From: Polyangia bacterium | Lineage (GTDB): Bacteria; Myxococcota_A; Polyangia; Palsa-1104; JAEUJZ01 | DNA: 38,665 nucleotides | Direction of reading: 5' to 3' | Assembly (NCBI GenBank): GCA_038231615.1 | Contig: JBBRLA010000002.1 | Location: forward strand, 1-38,665 | Part shown: positions 35,785 to 38,665 of the stretch, piece by piece | How the letters are laid out: the number at the start of each line of letters is the position of its first letter | Position numbering within the stretch: the stretch's first letter is position 1 | Program-made: the position numbers and the translations under genes | The notes under the pieces: model-generated | Told to the model about the DNA's origin: nothing | Databases searched by the model: none | Seen by the model: only the letters and a program-made list of their open reading frames with translations

Positions 35785-37242
35785 ATGATGCTCTTCGAGC
35801 CGATCCGGGTCGGTCCGGTGACGCTGCAAAACCGCGTGGTCCTCCCCGCCATGGTCACTCGCCTGTCCACCGAGGACGGCCAGGTCAATCAGGACATCGA
35901 AGACCGCTACGTCCGTTTCGCCCGCGGCGAACCCGGCCTCATCGTCGTCGAGGCCATGGGTATCAGCCAGGCCAAGTCGGGGCCGCTCCTGCGCATCGGC
36001 AGCGACGACTTCCTCCCCGGCCTCACCCGCCTGTCCCGGCGCATCCACGAGACCGCCCCGGTCAAGACGGTGCCGCAGATCATCCACTTCCTCAAGATCT
36101 CCCGCAACGGCTGGCGCCAGACCATCCACGACCTGACCGCTGCGGAGATCCGCTCGATCGTCACCGAGTTCGGCCTGGCCGCCATGCGCGCCCAAAAGGC
36201 CGGCTTCGACGGCGTCGAGTTGCACATGGCCCACGCCTATACCCTCTCGTCGTTCCTCTCGCGGATGAATCGGCGCAAGGACGAGTACGGTGGCTCCCTG
36301 GAAAACCGGCTGTACGTCCCCACCCTGGTGCTGCGCGAGGTCCGCGCCCGGACCGGCGCGGACTTCCTTGTCGGCGTGCGCTTCGACGGCGAGGAGTGCA
36401 TCAAGGACGGCTACTCGGTGCCCGACGCACAGCAGATCGCCCTGCGCCTCGGCCGGGAGGGCGCCGACTACCTGTCGATCTCCGCGGGGGGCAAGTTCGA
36501 GGATGCCCTGAAGAAGCCCGGCGTGCCGGTCTACCCCTACACCGGCTACTCCGGCGACCGCTGCATGCCGGACAAGCACTACCCCGACGGCTTCAACCTG
36601 TACCTGGCCGAAGGGGTCAAGCAGGCGCTTTTGGGCCATGGAATGCCCCATATCCGGGTGGTGGCATCGGGCAAGATCTGGGACCCGGACCACGCCGAGG
36701 GCATCGTGCGGGACAAGGCCGACATGGTGGCCATGGCCCGGCAGCTCCTGGCCGATCCCGACTGGCCCAAAAAGGTCCGCGCCGGCCGCCGCGACCGCGT
36801 GGTGTTCTGCGAATACGGCAACGTCTGCAAGGCCCTCGACGAAAACTTCCAACGGGTGCGGTGCACCCTGTGGCCCCGGGACGCGGCCCACGCCCCCCAG
36901 AGCCAGAAATCAGACGACGCGCCCCCGCCAAGCTGGCCCGGGGAGGGCCCGTCGTTGCGGGCGACGTGGGAACACGGTCGGCTGCGCCTGACCTGGGCGC
37001 GCGCGGCCAATGACGACGACGAGGCGATCTACGGCTATGAGGTGTTCCGCAGCGAGGGCGCGCTGACCGGGAGCACCGAGCTTCCGCACCACGCTTCGGT
37101 GCGGGCGGCCACTCCGACCTTCCTGGACACGGAGGTCCTCTCGGACCAGGACTACACCTACGCGGTACAGCCCTACGATCGCCGCGGTGTCCGCGGTCCC
37201 CGTTCGGAGCCGCTGGTCGTTTACCGAACTGGCCCTGCTTGA
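35785..37242 (+). CDS. NADH:flavin oxidoreductase (Old Yellow Enzyme family) with C-terminal FN3-like domain
   Basis: LFEPIRVG...NRVVLPAM, AGFDGVELHMAHAYTLSSFLS, NRRKDEYGGSLENR, ADMVAMARQLLADPDWP; C-terminal LTW...IYGYEVFRS...FLDTEV...YTYAVQPYD. Confidence 0.9.
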   Translation: MMLFEPIRVGPVTLQNRVVLPAMVTRLSTEDGQVNQDIEDRYVRFARGEPGLIVVEAMGISQAKSGPLLRIGSDDFLPGLTRLSRRIHETAPVKTVPQIIHFLKISRNGWRQTIHDLTAAEIRSIVTEFGLAAMRAQKAGFDGVELHMAHAYTLSSFLSRMNRRKDEYGGSLENRLYVPTLVLREVRARTGADFLVGVRFDGEECIKDGYSVPDAQQIALRLGREGADYLSISAGGKFEDALKKPGVPVYPYTGYSGDRCMPDKHYPDGFNLYLAEGVKQALLGHGMPHIRVVASGKIWDPDHAEGIVRDKADMVAMARQLLADPDWPKKVRAGRRDRVVFCEYGNVCKALDENFQRVRCTLWPRDAAHAPQSQKSDDAPPPSWPGEGPSLRATWEHGRLRLTWARAANDDDEAIYGYEVFRSEGALTGSTELPHHASVRAATPTFLDTEVLSDQDYTYAVQPYDRRGVRGPRSEPLVVYRTGPA

Positions 37243-37299
37243 TCGGGTCGAAACGCGAAAATTTGCCCCATTCGGAAAGGCCGCCTACGCTGAACGTCC

Positions 37300-37671
37300 A
37301 TGCTAAGCCAAGCCCGAAACAAAGCCCGCTCGATTCAGGATGTCCTGGCATTCCTCACCCTGGCCCTGTTCTCTTCCTGTGCCGGGAACCTTTATGGCCC
37401 GGTCCTCGCCAAGAACGGCGGCTTCGAGGTGGAGGTCTGTCTGGACGACGAGTCCATGAATGCAATGGGCAAACCGGTGCGGCTGGTCCGCGAGAGCTGC
37501 CGCCCGAGCACCTCACTGGAGAGCCCGGTGGTGCCCGGCCCGGCGAGCTTCTGCCAGAAGAACGACGTCGCTCGGGGCAAGATCGCCCAGCTACTCGGCA
37601 AGGGCCGCGCCATCGCGCACTTCCCCGCCGGCACCCCCATCGAGCCTGGAGACCGGGTGGAACAAGAGTAG
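37300..37671 (+). CDS. Small putative lipoprotein
   Basis: Hydrophobic stretch ending LFSS-C; beta-rich body with three further Cys. Confidence 0.6.
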   Translation: MLSQARNKARSIQDVLAFLTLALFSSCAGNLYGPVLAKNGGFEVEVCLDDESMNAMGKPVRLVRESCRPSTSLESPVVPGPASFCQKNDVARGKIAQLLGKGRAIAHFPAGTPIEPGDRVEQE

Positions 37672-37858
37672 GGACAGGAGCCCCCCGATGCCGCTCGCCG
37701 CGGCCAGGAAGAGGACGGCGAATCGACCCAACCCTCAGGTTGATGCCTGGGCCCCTCAGAGCCCACATCCCTGGGTGTGGCGTCGACTTCGTTCCTTCTG
37801 TTCCTCGTACCTCGCACTGACCGGGCTCCCTGACCGGCAATGTCTCGACGATCTGGCG

Positions 37859-38308
37859 CTACTTTTTCTTTCCGTGATGGCTTCTGGAAAAATCCACGAA
37901 CTCCTTCATGGGCGTCGCGGCGACGACCTTGCCGATGACTGCCAGCGGCAGGTCTTGCAGCTTCTTGAAGCGCACGCAGCTCTTCCCGATGTCCAGCTTC
38001 TTGCCGGCGGCCTTGAAGCCCTTCGCCAGTTCCTCGGTCAAGGACGGGAGGCCGTTGGCGTTGCACAGGTAGACTGCCATGTGGTTCTTCTGGCTGGCCA
38101 GTGCCGCGTACATCAGCGGGCGCTTGTTGTACGTGTCCGGATACACCGCCAGCGGGACCTGATAGACGATCATTCCGTAGTCCATCGCCTCCTCGTACCC
38201 CTGCGGCAGGTGCGACAGGATGGTGGCGCGCACCGCCTCCAGTGCCTGGCGCCGGTCGGGCGGCAGGCTGTCCAGATAGGCCAAGGGTGTCGTCGCAGTC
38301 AAGATCAT
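37859..38308 (-). CDS. DUF1801 (YdhG-like) domain protein
   Basis: YLDSLPPDRR, LPQGYEEAMDYGMI, YPDTYN, ALASQKNHMAVYL, KLDIGKSCVRFKK. Start moved to ATG 38308. Confidence 0.85.
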   Translation of the reverse strand: MILTATTPLAYLDSLPPDRRQALEAVRATILSHLPQGYEEAMDYGMIVYQVPLAVYPDTYNKRPLMYAALASQKNHMAVYLCNANGLPSLTEELAKGFKAAGKKLDIGKSCVRFKKLQDLPLAVIGKVVAATPMKEFVDFSRSHHGKKK

Positions 38309-38503
38309 GGGCCTTTTTGCCCCATATGCAGCCCCGGCGCAAGTCCGATTCTCACTCTCCACGCGCCGAGCGCACGATCAAGCCCACATATCGCCCCGTC
38401 CGCATTCGCGGCGGGGAAGCCCCTTCTCAACTGGCGCAAGCGGGAGAGGGTACGGCCGTCTATCGGTGCCAAAGCGTTTGATCCAGGCTCAAAGAGACTC
38501 TGG

Positions 38504-38665
38504 TTAGCGCCTCCTGAACAGGTAGAAGAGCCGCGGATACGAGAGCCGCGGATCATCCCCGTAGCGCCAGCCGTCGACGGGGTCCCAGCCAAGCTGCTTC
38601 AGACACTTGATGAGCTTCAGCGCGTCGTACCGCTTGAAACGGAACACCGAGAATTCGCGCTCGCC
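38504..38665 (-). CDS. 3' end of an unidentified CDS entering from beyond the window
   Basis: Manual translation GEREFSVFRFKRYDALKLIKCLKQLGWDPVDGWRYGDDPRLSYPRLFYLFRRR*; GC-rich third positions. Confidence 0.7.
   Translation of the reverse strand, partial: GEREFSVFRFKRYDALKLIKCLKQLGWDPVDGWRYGDDPRLSYPRLFYLFRRR

Noticed and set aside
38405-38460. tRNA or REP-like structure near CCCTTCTC...GGGAGAGGG
   Set aside because: No cloverleaf or T-loop; the stem is imperfect and single-copy here.

Overview
High-GC bacterial chromosomal window, most consistent with Myxococcota (inferred from the NGLS-repeat lipoprotein, PilT paralogs, orphan FHIPEP protein and long Pro/Ala linkers). In order: truncated NGLSI-repeat lipoprotein; two tandem degenerate PilT-like ATPases; ZAS anti-sigma and ECF sigma with a GGAAT-N18-GTT promoter; secA; an exported protein; a diheme cytochrome c lipoprotein/YceI/4-His membrane protein operon; a degenerate metallophosphoesterase; beta-CASP nuclease and orphan SctV/FlhA; a LysM-FecR-barrel protein; Slt transglycosylase; a six-gene nucleoside catabolism operon (deoC-deoB-pdp-punA-cdd-deaminase); an R/E-rich secreted protein; an FHA coiled-coil protein; a TPR/transglutaminase lipoprotein; an OYE-FN3 fusion; a small lipoprotein; a DUF1801 protein; and a truncated CDS. 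I saw no rRNA, tRNA, CRISPR array or transposase. Best candidates for new biology: (1) DeoC with a microcompartment encapsulation-peptide-like helix and 4-Cys module heading a full nucleoside catabolism operon with no shell genes nearby; (2) a 33-bp hairpin repeat at the ends of three unrelated genes and a ~120-bp palindromic element abutting TAA stop codons; (3) an orphan SctV with its own promoter; (4) a putative cytochrome b/YceI/cytochrome c redox module. All family calls come from motif recognition, not database searches.
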